Source: an uncultured SAR86 cluster bacterium
Lineage (GTDB): Bacteria; Pseudomonadota; Gammaproteobacteria; Magnimaribacterales; D2472
Assembly (NCBI GenBank): GCA_902558395.1
Contig: CACEDS010000001.1
Span: 389,152-453,151, forward strand
Direction: 5' to 3'
Length of the DNA: 64,000 nt
The position numbers and the translations under genes were made by a program. Under the pieces are notes generated by a model. That model was not told the origin of the DNA. It did no database searches and was given only the letters and a program-made list of their open reading frames with translations. Positions 38,945 to 48,758 of the stretch are shown here, piece after piece; the stretch's first letter is position 1; every line of letters starts with the position of its first letter.

Positions 38945-39559
38945 TTGAAGCTATATTCAAGCATTCTTGCTCCCAGTCCGCTCAAGGTTTTAATTTTCTT
39001 AAAAGAAAAGGGTATATTAGACCAAGTAGAGGTCATTGATCTTGATCTAGGAAAACTTGAACATAAAACTCCAGAGTATAAAGCTATAGCTCCTAATTCT
39101 AGAGTACCTGCTCTAAAGTTAGATGATGACACAATTATTTTAGAAACAACTGCTATATGTAGATATTTAGAATCTCTGTATCCTGAACCTAATTTATTTG
39201 GAGAAAACCCTATAGAGATTGCTTCTATAGAGATGTGGTACTCAAGGGTGACTTATGAGTTGGCAGTGCCTTTAATGCATGGTTTTAGGCATACTCACCC
39301 ACACATGAGTCAAATGGAAAATCAAAATCAAGAATATGGATTGGCACAAAGAGAATTAGCAGTTAAATCTTTAGATATTTATGACAAAATTATTGCGAGT
39401 AGAGAATATATAGCAGGAGAAAGATTTACTTATGCAGATATTCAAATGGTAACCTCATTACAATTCTTGGTTAGGTTAAATAGGCTTGATATAAACGATT
39501 ACGAAAACCTGAATGATTATATCAATCAGGTTTCCAGTAGATCTAGCTTTTCTGTTTAG
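38945..39559 (+). CDS. Glutathione S-transferase family protein
   Basis: 204 aa, TTG start, thioredoxin-like N-domain (RVPALKLDDDTIILETTAICRYLE) and a helical C-domain. Confidence 0.75.
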   Translation: MKLYSSILAPSPLKVLIFLKEKGILDQVEVIDLDLGKLEHKTPEYKAIAPNSRVPALKLDDDTIILETTAICRYLESLYPEPNLFGENPIEIASIEMWYSRVTYELAVPLMHGFRHTHPHMSQMENQNQEYGLAQRELAVKSLDIYDKIIASREYIAGERFTYADIQMVTSLQFLVRLNRLDINDYENLNDYINQVSSRSSFSV

Positions 39560-39560
39560 A

Positions 39561-40823
39561 TTATTCCCAGTTTAGAGCGCCACCAACTTGGTACTCAGTA
39601 ACTCTAGTTTCAAAGAAGTTCTTTTCTTTTCTTAAATCTATTATTTCTGACATCCACGGGAATGGATTACCAACACCTTTAAATTCTTCCTCTAAACCAA
39701 TTTGTGTCAGTCTTCTGTTTGCAATGAATTTTAGATACTCTTCCATCATTGCGGCATTCATTCCAAGAACTCCTCTAGGCATAGTATCTCTTGCATACAT
39801 AATTTCTAGTTCTGTTCCTTCAAGGATCATTTGAGCAGCTTCAGCCTTCATCTCTTCATCCCATAAATGAGGATTTTCAATCTTAATTTGATTGATTACG
39901 TCTATACCAAAGTTAACATGCATAGATTCATCTCTTAAAATATATTGGAACTGTTCTGACGTTCCAGTCATTTTATTTCTTCGGCCCATAGATAATATTT
40001 GAGTAAAGCCACAATAGAAGAAGATTCCTTCTAGGACGCAATAGAAAGCAATCAAGTTTTTAAGAAGCTGTTTATCAGTTTCCACAGTACCTGTTTTAAA
40101 TTCAGGATCTGATATTTCTTGAGTATATTTAAGACCCCAGGCTGCTTTTCTTGAAACGCATGGTATTTCACGGTACATATTGAATATTTCGCCTTCGTCC
40201 ATACCAAGTGATTCAATGCAGTATTGATAAGCATGTGTATGAATAGCTTCTTCTAAACTTTGTCTTAAAATATATTGTCTACATTCAGGATTTGTTATTA
40301 ATCTATATAGTGCTAATACTAAGTTATTTGCGACAAGAGAGTCAGCTGTTGAGAAGAACCCTAAGTTTCTTTTTACAATTGTTCTTTCATCTTCTGTAAG
40401 GCCATCTTCAGATTTCCACAATACAATATCGTTTGTCATATTAATTTCTTGTGGCATCCAATGATTGGCACTTCCGTCTAAATATTTTTGCCATGCCCAG
40501 TCATATTTAAATGGCACTAGTTGATTAAGATCAGCTTTACAGTTGATCATCATTTTGTCATCAACCTGAACCCTTGAGCCAGCCATTTCATCTAGTTCTT
40601 CAACTCCTGCAGCATCATCTAGATTTTTTATAGCCTCTCTTGCTAGTTGCGCGCGAGATCCTTCTTCTATCTTGGTTGTATTTTCTTTTATTGGAGCTGC
40701 TGTATCTACTACTGGAGCAGATTGCTCTTTTGCAGCTTGAGGTGTTTCTACTACAGGAGCACTAGCAGTAACTGCTGCGCTTGTGTTTGTTTCCTCTTTT
40801 CCATAATCATCCCAATTTAACAT
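39561..40823 (-). CDS. nrdB: Ribonucleotide reductase class Ia beta subunit
   Basis: 420 aa with a low-complexity Ala/Pro/Thr N-terminal extension. Di-iron ligand regions are [10 protein letters not shown] and EGIFFYCGF...RDESMHVNF. Confidence 0.97.
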   Translation of the reverse strand: MLNWDDYGKEETNTSAAVTASAPVVETPQAAKEQSAPVVDTAAPIKENTTKIEEGSRAQLAREAIKNLDDAAGVEELDEMAGSRVQVDDKMMINCKADLNQLVPFKYDWAWQKYLDGSANHWMPQEINMTNDIVLWKSEDGLTEDERTIVKRNLGFFSTADSLVANNLVLALYRLITNPECRQYILRQSLEEAIHTHAYQYCIESLGMDEGEIFNMYREIPCVSRKAAWGLKYTQEISDPEFKTGTVETDKQLLKNLIAFYCVLEGIFFYCGFTQILSMGRRNKMTGTSEQFQYILRDESMHVNFGIDVINQIKIENPHLWDEEMKAEAAQMILEGTELEIMYARDTMPRGVLGMNAAMMEEYLKFIANRRLTQIGLEEEFKGVGNPFPWMSEIIDLRKEKNFFETRVTEYQVGGALNWE

Positions 40824-40837
40824 TTCGTTCTCCTATA

Positions 40838-43714
40838 TTATTGACATGCTTCACAATCTGGATCATCCAGAGAGCATGCTGTAGGAACAGGGGCCGGTGC
40901 TCCTAGTTCCTGTGGTGCAGCTTGTGATGCTTGCGCACTAACCGCGTTTAATTTTCCTTGTGCAACTGTTGATTTTTCAGTTGATGTTGCAGCGATTGAT
41001 CTTAGGTAATAGGTAGTTTTAAGACCTGAATACCATGCCATTCTGTATGTGATATCAAGCTTTTTACCATCAGCATTTCCTATATATAAATTTAATGACT
41101 GAGCTTGATCTATCCATTTTTGTCTTCTGCTAGCTGATTCAACTATGTATCTTGGCTCAACTTCAAAAGCTGTTGAATATATGGTTTTAATTTCATCAGG
41201 TATTCTTGATATCTGTGAAAGACTACCCTCAAAATATTTGAGGTCATTAATCATGACGTCATCCCAAAGATTGAGCTCTTTTAGCTTATTAACTAGATGC
41301 GGATTTACAATAGTAAACTCGCCTGAAAGGTTAGATTTTACATATAAGTTTTGATAAGTTGGTTCAACCGACTGTGTAACACCAGTAATATTTGATATCG
41401 TAGCAGTAGGAGCTATAGCCATAACATTTGAATTTCTCATTCCATCGGTCATAACTTTTTTTCTTAAGGATTCCCAATCAAGAGTTTCAGATTTATCAAC
41501 ATTTAAATATTCTGATCCTCTATTTTTTTCAAGTATCTCAAGCGAGTCTTTTGGCAATATGCCTTGACTCCATAGCGAACCTTCATAGGACTCATAACTT
41601 CCTCTTTCTTTTGCAAGTTCTGTTGAAGCATGAATAGCATAATAACTAATTAATTCCATACTTCTGTCTGCAAATTCAACAGCTTCATCACTGCAATATG
41701 CGATATCTTGCATGTATAAGGTGTCTTGAAAGCCCATCATTCCAAGACCAATCGGCCTATGTTTTAAATTGGAATTTTTTGCTGTGTCCACAGAGTAATA
41801 ATTTATATTAATTACGTTATCTAACATTCTTATAGCTGTTGAGACAGTTTGCTTTACTTTTTCTTCATCTAGTTTTCCGTCTTTCATATGTTGCGCTAAA
41901 TTAACAGAACCAAGATTACATACGGCTATCTCATCTGCGCTCGTATTAAGAGTAATTTCAGTACAAAGGTTTGAAGAATGAACAACTCCTGCATGTTGTT
42001 GAGGAGATCTTAAATTACATGAATCTTTAAAAGTAATCCACGGATGACCTGTTTCAAAAAGCATTGTTAACATTTTTCTCCACAGCTCTTTTGCAGGCAC
42101 GGACTTAAATTGATCCATTTCTCCAGCTTGAGCTTTCTTTTCATATTCTTCATATTTTTCTTCAAATGCTTTACCTATTAAGTCATGAAGGTCTGGTGTT
42201 TCACCTGGAGAAAAAAGAGTCCAGTTTTTATCTTCTTCAACTCTCTTCATAAATAAATCAGGAACCCAATTAGCAGTATTCATATCATGGGTTCTTCTTC
42301 TTTCATCACCAGTGTTCTTTCTTAGTTCTAGGAATTCCTCAACATCTAAGTGCCATGTTTCAAGATAAGCACACATTGCTCCTTTTCTTTTCCCTCCTTG
42401 ATTTACAGCTACAGCTGTATCATTAGCAACTTTTAAGAAGGGAACTACACCTTGGCTTTTTCCATTTGTTCCTTTGATATAAGAGTTCATCGCTCTTACC
42501 GATGTCCAATCATTTCCGAGTCCTCCTGCCCATTTTGATAAAAGGGCATTGTCCTTCATGGCTCCAAAAATACCATCAAGATCATCTGGAATTGTTGTTA
42601 AGTAGCAAGAAGACAATTGAGGTCTTTTTGTTCCAGAGTTAAATAGAGTTGGGGTTGAGCTCATATAATCAAAACTTGATAGAAGCTTGTAGAATTCAAT
42701 AGCTCTTTCTTCTCTATTTTCTTCCTCTACTGCTAAGCCCATTGCAACTCTCATAAAAAAGACCTGAGGAAGCTCGTATCTGACATCGTCACAATGGATA
42801 AAGTATCTATCATATAGTGTTTGTAACCCTAAATAGGTAAATTGATTATCTCTTGTATGATCAATTGCTTTGCCTAGAACATCTAAATCAAATGTTTTTA
42901 GTTCTGGATCTAATATATCTAGCTCAATACCTTTATCTATATAAGCTAAAAATGCTTTTGGGTAGTTTTCCTTCATTTGATCATAAGTTGATTCTTCAGC
43001 TACTTTTAAGAAGCCAAGTGCCTCACTTCTGATTTGATCCATAAGAATTCTTGCAGTGACATATGAGTAGTTTGGTTCTTTTTCTACCTTTGTTCTTGCA
43101 GACATAACTAAACTTGTCCTCATGTCTGATATTGAAACTCCGTCGTACAGGTTTTTTAATGCTTCTTCTAAAACCTCGTTCATTGAGACTTCTTCTAGTC
43201 CGTCACAGGCATCATTAATCAATGCTGCAAGCTTATCGATATCAAGTGGTACTAGTGATCCATCTGTTTTTGTAATGTTGATATCAGGCCTATTTGGTAT
43301 ATCAATTTCTGGTGTTTCTTTTTTTCTTTCTTGGGTTCGGCCAGCTCTGTATAGGATATAGCTTTTTGCTACCTCTAACTCTTCACTTCTCATTAATTGA
43401 AGCTCAACTTGATCTTGAATTTCTTCTATGTGAAGGGTTCCTCCAGAGGGCATTCTTCTTTCAAATACTTCAAGAACTCCAGACGAGATTGCGTTAACTT
43501 TCTTATGAATTCTTTCACTTGCAGCTGCATTTCCAGATTCTGTTGCCAGGAAAGCTTTTGTTATCGCAACTTTTATCTTGTCTTCTTCAAATGCAACGAC
43601 TTTTCCATTTCTTTTTATAACTCTGAGCTTACCAGGTGCTGTTGCCTCAATCTCATTAGTCTCAACTTGTTGCTGGACATCTATTGTTTTACTTACTTCT
43701 TGTTGTATTTCCAT
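40838..43714 (-). CDS. nrdA: Ribonucleotide reductase class Ia alpha subunit (two N-terminal ATP-cones)
   Basis: 958 aa with two ATP-cone-like segments (VIKRNGKVVAFEEDKI and ITKTDGSLVPLDIDKL), the catalytic NLCTEI and a C-terminal CxxC tail (DCEACQ). It resembles the Pseudomonas-type NrdA. Confidence 0.98.
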   Translation of the reverse strand: MEIQQEVSKTIDVQQQVETNEIEATAPGKLRVIKRNGKVVAFEEDKIKVAITKAFLATESGNAAASERIHKKVNAISSGVLEVFERRMPSGGTLHIEEIQDQVELQLMRSEELEVAKSYILYRAGRTQERKKETPEIDIPNRPDINITKTDGSLVPLDIDKLAALINDACDGLEEVSMNEVLEEALKNLYDGVSISDMRTSLVMSARTKVEKEPNYSYVTARILMDQIRSEALGFLKVAEESTYDQMKENYPKAFLAYIDKGIELDILDPELKTFDLDVLGKAIDHTRDNQFTYLGLQTLYDRYFIHCDDVRYELPQVFFMRVAMGLAVEEENREERAIEFYKLLSSFDYMSSTPTLFNSGTKRPQLSSCYLTTIPDDLDGIFGAMKDNALLSKWAGGLGNDWTSVRAMNSYIKGTNGKSQGVVPFLKVANDTAVAVNQGGKRKGAMCAYLETWHLDVEEFLELRKNTGDERRRTHDMNTANWVPDLFMKRVEEDKNWTLFSPGETPDLHDLIGKAFEEKYEEYEKKAQAGEMDQFKSVPAKELWRKMLTMLFETGHPWITFKDSCNLRSPQQHAGVVHSSNLCTEITLNTSADEIAVCNLGSVNLAQHMKDGKLDEEKVKQTVSTAIRMLDNVININYYSVDTAKNSNLKHRPIGLGMMGFQDTLYMQDIAYCSDEAVEFADRSMELISYYAIHASTELAKERGSYESYEGSLWSQGILPKDSLEILEKNRGSEYLNVDKSETLDWESLRKKVMTDGMRNSNVMAIAPTATISNITGVTQSVEPTYQNLYVKSNLSGEFTIVNPHLVNKLKELNLWDDVMINDLKYFEGSLSQISRIPDEIKTIYSTAFEVEPRYIVESASRRQKWIDQAQSLNLYIGNADGKKLDITYRMAWYSGLKTTYYLRSIAATSTEKSTVAQGKLNAVSAQASQAAPQELGAPAPVPTACSLDDPDCEACQ

Positions 43715-43849
43715 CTTTATCTCTGTTTCCCTATTTTATTCGCCGTATCTTTTCCACTCACAAAGAGTTCTATTTATTAATTTTTTGGAATAAGTTTGTG
43801 AGTCTGCAGTTACACTAACATTTTGTTCCGCTACACTAATATTACTTGT

Positions 43850-43858
43850 TGTGGATAA
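43850..43858. promoter_or_regulatory. Perfect DnaA box (TGTGGATAA)
   Basis: Exact 9-mer complement of TTATCCACA, about 140 nt upstream of the nrdA start. Confidence 0.6.
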
Positions 43859-43874
43859 AGAATCAAGTAAAAAA

Positions 43875-43890
43875 ACACTATATATTGTGA
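43875..43890. promoter_or_regulatory. NrdR box 1
   Basis: ACACTATATATTGTGA matches the NrdR operator consensus (acaCwAtATaTwgtgt) at about 15/16 positions. Confidence 0.7.
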
Positions 43891-43905
43891 CAATTTCATT
43901 TTTTT

Positions 43906-43921
43906 TCACTATATAGTGTAT
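43906..43921. promoter_or_regulatory. NrdR box 2
   Basis: TCACTATATAGTGTAT contains the perfect palindrome CACTATATAGTG. Its centre is about 30 bp from box 1, the usual tandem arrangement upstream of nrd operons. Confidence 0.65.
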
Positions 43922-43960
43922 GTAAGCTGTTTTTTTGCTGTTGGCAATCAGTTGATAAAT

Positions 43961-43969
43961 TGTGGATAA
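43961..43969. promoter_or_regulatory. Perfect DnaA box (TGTGGATAA)
   Basis: Exact 9-mer, 23 nt upstream of the glpK ATG, in the same orientation as the box at 43850. Confidence 0.6.
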
Positions 43970-43991
43970 TTATGGTTATGGGAGATATTTT

Positions 43992-45452
43992 ATGAGTAAT
44001 TTTTTAGCAATAGACCAAGGAACAACAAGTTCAAGAGCAATAGTTTTTAACTCAGGGCTTAATGCAATTACAGACTCTCAACAAGAATACTCTTTGTCTT
44101 ATCCAAATGATGGTTGGGTTGAAGCTGATCCCGCCGACATATTAAACACCGTTAGAGATACTGTTAGTGATGTTCTAAAAAAAGAGAACGCTATAACAGC
44201 TTGCGGAATAACCAATCAAAGAGAGTCTACTGTTGTTTGGTCTCGAGAAACAGGTGAACCAATTTATCCAGCCATAATATGGCAAGACAGGCGTACTCAT
44301 GAGTTTTGCAGAGAGCTTAGGGATAGTGGCCACGAAAAAATGGTAAGAGAAAAAACAGGGCTTGTCATAGATCCATATTTTTCTGCTACTAAAATTAAAT
44401 GGATTCTTGATAATGTGACTGGCGCAAGAGAGCTTGCTAATAATGGTAAGTTAATGTTTGGTACGGTTGATTCCTACTTGATATATAAGCTGACAAAAGA
44501 AAAAGAACATTATACAGATGTAACCAATGCATCAAGAACCATGCTATTTAATATCAATGAGATGAAATGGGATAAAGATTTATTAGATTTATTCGATATA
44601 CCTATATCTATGATGCCATCTGTTCAGTCATGTGATGCAAATTTTGGTACTTTAGTTGTGGATAATGAAAACATAAGCATTAAAGGTGTTATAGGCGATC
44701 AACAGGCAGCACTAGTTGGACAAAATTGTTTTAACTACGGTGACATGAAGTCTACTTATGGAACGGGCTGTTTTTTAATGGTAAACACCAAAGAAAACAT
44801 AATAACTCTAGATGAGGGACTATTAACAACCGTTGGATACCAATTAAATAATGACATTAGTTATGCAATTGAAGGAAGTATTTATTCATGCGGAAATATT
44901 ATTCAGTGGCTTAGAGATAAAATGAAATTTTTTACAAATGCTAAAGATAGCGAATCTTTTTTAAACAGTGATGGTAATTCTAAAAATGTTCATTTCTTAC
45001 CTGCATTTAATGGATTGGGGGCTCCGTACTGGAATTCAGATATTAGAGGTGGCTTTTACGGTATCACCCAAGATTCTGATAATGGTGACTTGATAACTGC
45101 AGCGTTTAAATCTATTTGTTACCAAACTAGAGATATAACAGACTTACTTACGAAAAATAATATTAATATAAACTCACTACTAGTTGATGGAGGCATGACA
45201 GCAAATAAAACTTTTTGTCAGTTATTATCTAATACACTTCAAAAAAATATCTCTAAACCAGAAAACATTGAATCAACAGCTCTTGGAGCATGTATTGTCT
45301 CTCAAATAGCTGAAGGTTTATCCATCGAAGATGTTAAGACAAGACATGAAAATATATATAAACCTAATCGAAGCTCTGAAGATTTTTATAATAGCGACTA
45401 TTCGTCTTGGAAAGAGTATATAGAAACAACTATATCTAATATTAAGCAATAA
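43992..45452 (+). CDS. glpK: Glycerol kinase
   Basis: I chose the ATG at 43992 (MSNFLAIDQGTTSSRAIVF, with a GGGAGA RBS upstream) rather than the track GTG at 43962. FGGY kinase motifs run throughout. Confidence 0.95.
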   Translation: MSNFLAIDQGTTSSRAIVFNSGLNAITDSQQEYSLSYPNDGWVEADPADILNTVRDTVSDVLKKENAITACGITNQRESTVVWSRETGEPIYPAIIWQDRRTHEFCRELRDSGHEKMVREKTGLVIDPYFSATKIKWILDNVTGARELANNGKLMFGTVDSYLIYKLTKEKEHYTDVTNASRTMLFNINEMKWDKDLLDLFDIPISMMPSVQSCDANFGTLVVDNENISIKGVIGDQQAALVGQNCFNYGDMKSTYGTGCFLMVNTKENIITLDEGLLTTVGYQLNNDISYAIEGSIYSCGNIIQWLRDKMKFFTNAKDSESFLNSDGNSKNVHFLPAFNGLGAPYWNSDIRGGFYGITQDSDNGDLITAAFKSICYQTRDITDLLTKNNININSLLVDGGMTANKTFCQLLSNTLQKNISKPENIESTALGACIVSQIAEGLSIEDVKTRHENIYKPNRSSEDFYNSDYSSWKEYIETTISNIKQ

Positions 45453-45520
45453 ATTATCTTATAAAATAAATTTTTTTATATATAATCTATCATGTTTTAA
45501 AACATAATCTTCCTTTATTA

Positions 45521-46702
45521 ATGTTTACATACAAAATTTTTAATAATATTGCTCAAGATGGTATTGATATATTCGATGCCAATGACTTTCATATTGATGA
45601 AATTGATCCCGATTCACTTATTTTAAGAAGTCAGCTGCTTACTGATGCTGATTTTAACCAATCTTTAAAATGCATTGGCAGAGCTGGAGCTGGTACAAAT
45701 AATATCCCAGTTGATATAGCAACAGACAATGGAATAGTTGTTTTCAATACACCAGGTGCTAATGCAAACGCTGTAAAAGAACTTGTTGTTTGTGGAATGC
45801 TTCTTTCGTCAAGAGGAATAATCCAAGGCAATTTGTATTCAAAATCATTATCTGGTCAAGACACATCAGAGCTTAATAAATCTATGGAGTCTCAGAAAAA
45901 GAACTTTAAAGGCAATGAGCTTAAAGGCAAAACCTTGGGAATTATAGGACTTGGTGCTATTGGTTCATTACTTGCACAGACAGCTGAAGTCATGGGTATG
46001 AAAATAATAGGGTATGACCCATATATATCCATTGATGCAGCATGGAGACTCCCTAAAGATGTAGAAAAAGCAGATTCCATGGAATACCTCTTAAATAATT
46101 CTGACTATATTTCAATTCATGTTCCACTTGTAGATGAAACAAAGGATTTAATTTCAAAAGAATCTCTTAAACATTTTAAAAAAGGAGCAAAGTTAATAAA
46201 TTTATCAAGAGGCGGAATTGTAAATAATAAGGATATCATCGATGCCCTTAATTCAAAAATTATTGATAAATTTGTAACAGATTTTCCTACCCCAGAGTTA
46301 GTAACAAGATCTAGTGATTTTCACGACGTTATACTTTTACCTCATCTTGGAGCTAGCACAAAAGAAGCTGAGATTAATTGTGCTGTAATGGCGGCCGAAC
46401 AAATATCTAATTTTTTGAAAGACGGGGTGATTGTTAATTCTGTAAATTTCCCATCAATAAAGTTAGGAAGAAAGACAGAATATAGAATGGTTATTATTAA
46501 TAAAAATGAACCTGGAATGATTGGTAAAATTACAGATGAGATTGGTTACAAAAATATTAATATTGCTGACATGACTCATAAGAGCAGAGACTCAATCGGC
46601 ATAAATTTAATAGATTTAGAAGATAAACCATCACAAGAACTAATAGAAAATATAAAGAATATTGATCACGTTATTAGCGTTAGACTTTGCAGTAATTTGT
46701 AA
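45521..46702 (+). CDS. serA: D-3-phosphoglycerate dehydrogenase (D-2-hydroxyacid dehydrogenase plus C-terminal ACT-like domain)
   Basis: 393 aa with the NAD motif GIIGLGAIGSLLA, RGGIV and LPHLGAST (catalytic His). A regulatory tail of about 80 aa follows. Confidence 0.8.
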   Translation: MFTYKIFNNIAQDGIDIFDANDFHIDEIDPDSLILRSQLLTDADFNQSLKCIGRAGAGTNNIPVDIATDNGIVVFNTPGANANAVKELVVCGMLLSSRGIIQGNLYSKSLSGQDTSELNKSMESQKKNFKGNELKGKTLGIIGLGAIGSLLAQTAEVMGMKIIGYDPYISIDAAWRLPKDVEKADSMEYLLNNSDYISIHVPLVDETKDLISKESLKHFKKGAKLINLSRGGIVNNKDIIDALNSKIIDKFVTDFPTPELVTRSSDFHDVILLPHLGASTKEAEINCAVMAAEQISNFLKDGVIVNSVNFPSIKLGRKTEYRMVIINKNEPGMIGKITDEIGYKNINIADMTHKSRDSIGINLIDLEDKPSQELIENIKNIDHVISVRLCSNL

Positions 46703-46952
46703 ACATAAAGCTTGATTTAATATCAACTTCTGTCGTTTTTAATTTTTGTAAACAATTAACATATATTAACACTTGTCAACAAGATAAATTAATGATATTA
46801 AGGCGCTTGATAAGTTTACTTTACATCGACAATTTTTTTCATAGATATTTCATAAATCATTGATATACGGTTATTTATATAATAATTGTATAAATTTTGT
46901 TCAACTTTAATAAAACCTTTAAATATAAGGCTTTGTTATGGTATAAATAAAG

Positions 46953-46987
46953 TTATCCATAACTTTATCCACAGTTTCTGTGGATAA
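46953..46987. promoter_or_regulatory. Array of three DnaA boxes (one 8/9, two perfect and inverted)
   Basis: TTATCCATA (46953-46961), TTATCCACA (46965-46973) and TGTGGATAA (46979-46987). The last two form a perfect palindrome with a 5-nt spacer, 15-50 nt upstream of the ung ATG. Confidence 0.65.
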
Positions 46988-47001
46988 AAATTTTGATAAA
47001 A

Positions 47002-47679
47002 ATGCAACAAATTAAATCACTAAACAAAATACCAAATGATTGGAATGATGAACTCAAAAAGAATGGAATTTCATTCAATCTACTTGAACTAATAAATAAA
47101 CTTTTATCATTGCAGCAAGCGGGCAAAGAAATATATCCTGCCTTACAGGATATCTATAAGGCTTTTGAATTGTGCAGTTTTTCAAATACAAAAGTAGTTA
47201 TATTTGGACAGGATCCATATCACCAACCAGGCTTAGCAAACGGTCTTGCATTTGCTGTAAACAAAGGAAACAAAATCCCTAGCTCTTTAAAAAATATTTA
47301 TAAAGAAATCCAAGATGATATAGGAGATTGTGTTCATAATTCAGGTAATCTTGAGCACTGGGCAGCTCAAGGTGTGCTTTTGTTAAATTCTTCATTGACC
47401 GTAAATAAATCTGAAGCTGGGTCTCATAAAAGTATTGGTTGGAATATTTTAGTAGATTCCGTTATTGATCTTCTCAATATAAAAGGAGGAGTTATTTTTC
47501 TTTTGTGGGGCAGAGATGCTCAAGAAAAAGAAAATCTGATAGATAAAAATGTTAATCACATACTCAAATCATCTCATCCCTCTCCACTATCTGCATATAG
47601 AGGGTTTTTTGGATGTAAACATTTTTCACTAACTAATGAATTGCTTATAAAAAATAAAAAACAACCTATCTTATGGTAG
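47002..47679 (+). CDS. ung: Uracil-DNA glycosylase (family 1)
   Basis: GQDPYH water-activating loop, LLLNSSLTV and the HPSPLS leucine-loop motif. I preferred the ATG at 47002 over the TTG at 46993. Confidence 0.93.
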   Translation: MQQIKSLNKIPNDWNDELKKNGISFNLLELINKLLSLQQAGKEIYPALQDIYKAFELCSFSNTKVVIFGQDPYHQPGLANGLAFAVNKGNKIPSSLKNIYKEIQDDIGDCVHNSGNLEHWAAQGVLLLNSSLTVNKSEAGSHKSIGWNILVDSVIDLLNIKGGVIFLLWGRDAQEKENLIDKNVNHILKSSHPSPLSAYRGFFGCKHFSLTNELLIKNKKQPILW

Positions 47680-47681
47680 TT

Positions 47682-48365
47682 CTAGATAATTACTGTGCTT
47701 GGGTTGTTTGAAGAAAACTCATCAAGAAAATCTCTTTTTATCGAGCTGCTAAAAATATAAAAGTCTTTATATTTTATAGTTTCACCAATGACTTTAAAAT
47801 TTTTGTTTTCTTTAATGGCTTCTGGAGAAATTATGGTTACGAATTTTCTTCTATCAACACCTAGATATTTCATCCTAGCAATAATTTCTTGACCTCTAAA
47901 GCAGCCTTTATCAAAAGCAACCCTATTTTTATCATAATTTATCTCTAAGGGCCTGTACTTACCAATATCATTAAGTTTCAAATCGAGATTTAGCGCTAGT
48001 TTATTGCCAATAATCCAATCATTCCTTAATAAAGATTGATCATTAACACGAATTTCTTTTTCTAGTGAAACTGAAAGTGAGAATATATCATTTGAAAAAA
48101 ATGCTTTTTCATTTTTATCTGGTGTTATATGACCATGCACAAAACCATCTTCAACAGAGAAGGTAACACCAAAAAATTTTGCAAATGGACTTAACTCATC
48201 TATAAATGTACTTACAAGAGTTTCATCTATTAATATTTTGTAGTTTTTCGACTTATGAATAATAAATCCAGCCATTACCTCACCTTTTTGATTACATATA
48301 GATGAGAGCTGGTAGTTTTGATTGCCCAATAGCGTTACATCAGAAGTTATCTGTCCTTGAAGCAA
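47682..48365 (-). CDS. ygfZ: Folate-binding Fe-S cluster repair/tRNA-modification protein YgfZ (5' end uncertain)
   Basis: KGCFRGQEIIARMKYLG is the YgfZ signature (KGC[FY]xGQE). The annotated TTG start truncates a conserved N-terminal region that continues in frame upstream (see findings). Confidence 0.8.
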   Translation of the reverse strand: MLQGQITSDVTLLGNQNYQLSSICNQKGEVMAGFIIHKSKNYKILIDETLVSTFIDELSPFAKFFGVTFSVEDGFVHGHITPDKNEKAFFSNDIFSLSVSLEKEIRVNDQSLLRNDWIIGNKLALNLDLKLNDIGKYRPLEINYDKNRVAFDKGCFRGQEIIARMKYLGVDRRKFVTIISPEAIKENKNFKVIGETIKYKDFYIFSSSIKRDFLDEFSSNNPSTVII

Positions 48366-48500
48366 ATTCTCGACTTTATCAATATCACCATCAACAGAAA
48401 TTATTTTTATAGCTTCTAAATATATTGAGCCAAATGATATTAATTTTTTTTGTATATCTATTTTCTTGTAAAATTGTTTAACAACCCAATATTTTAACTA

Positions 48501-48758
48501 ATGAATACAGAAATAAACAGAATCTCATGGAAATGCAGAAGAGGAATGCGAGAAATAGATTTACTGCTAAGAGAGTTTTCAAATACTATATTAAGCTCAC
48601 TTGATGAATGTTCTATAAATACTTTTGATCAAATTCTTGATTATGATGATCAGAAGCTGTTTGATTATATTTTTAAAAATGAAAGTCTAGGCAATGAAAT
48701 TCATGAAGATTTTATTAATAAATATCTTAAAAAATTTGATAAGCAGGGAAACTTTTAA
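48501..48758 (+). CDS. sdhE: FAD assembly factor SdhE (YgfY)
   Basis: 85 aa. ISWKCRRGMREIDLLL contains the RGxxE motif. It is divergent from ygfZ, as in E. coli. Confidence 0.85.
   Translation: MNTEINRISWKCRRGMREIDLLLREFSNTILSSLDECSINTFDQILDYDDQKLFDYIFKNESLGNEIHEDFINKYLKKFDKQGNF

Noticed and set aside
43122-43793. Cluster of four overlapping plus-strand ORFs (67-127 aa) at the 5' end of nrdA.
   Set aside because: They are antisense to the well-conserved NrdA ATP-cone region. The translations are Ser/Phe/Leu/Cys-rich nonsense typical of the reverse frame of an AT-rich gene. The real signals in this region are the NrdR and DnaA boxes.
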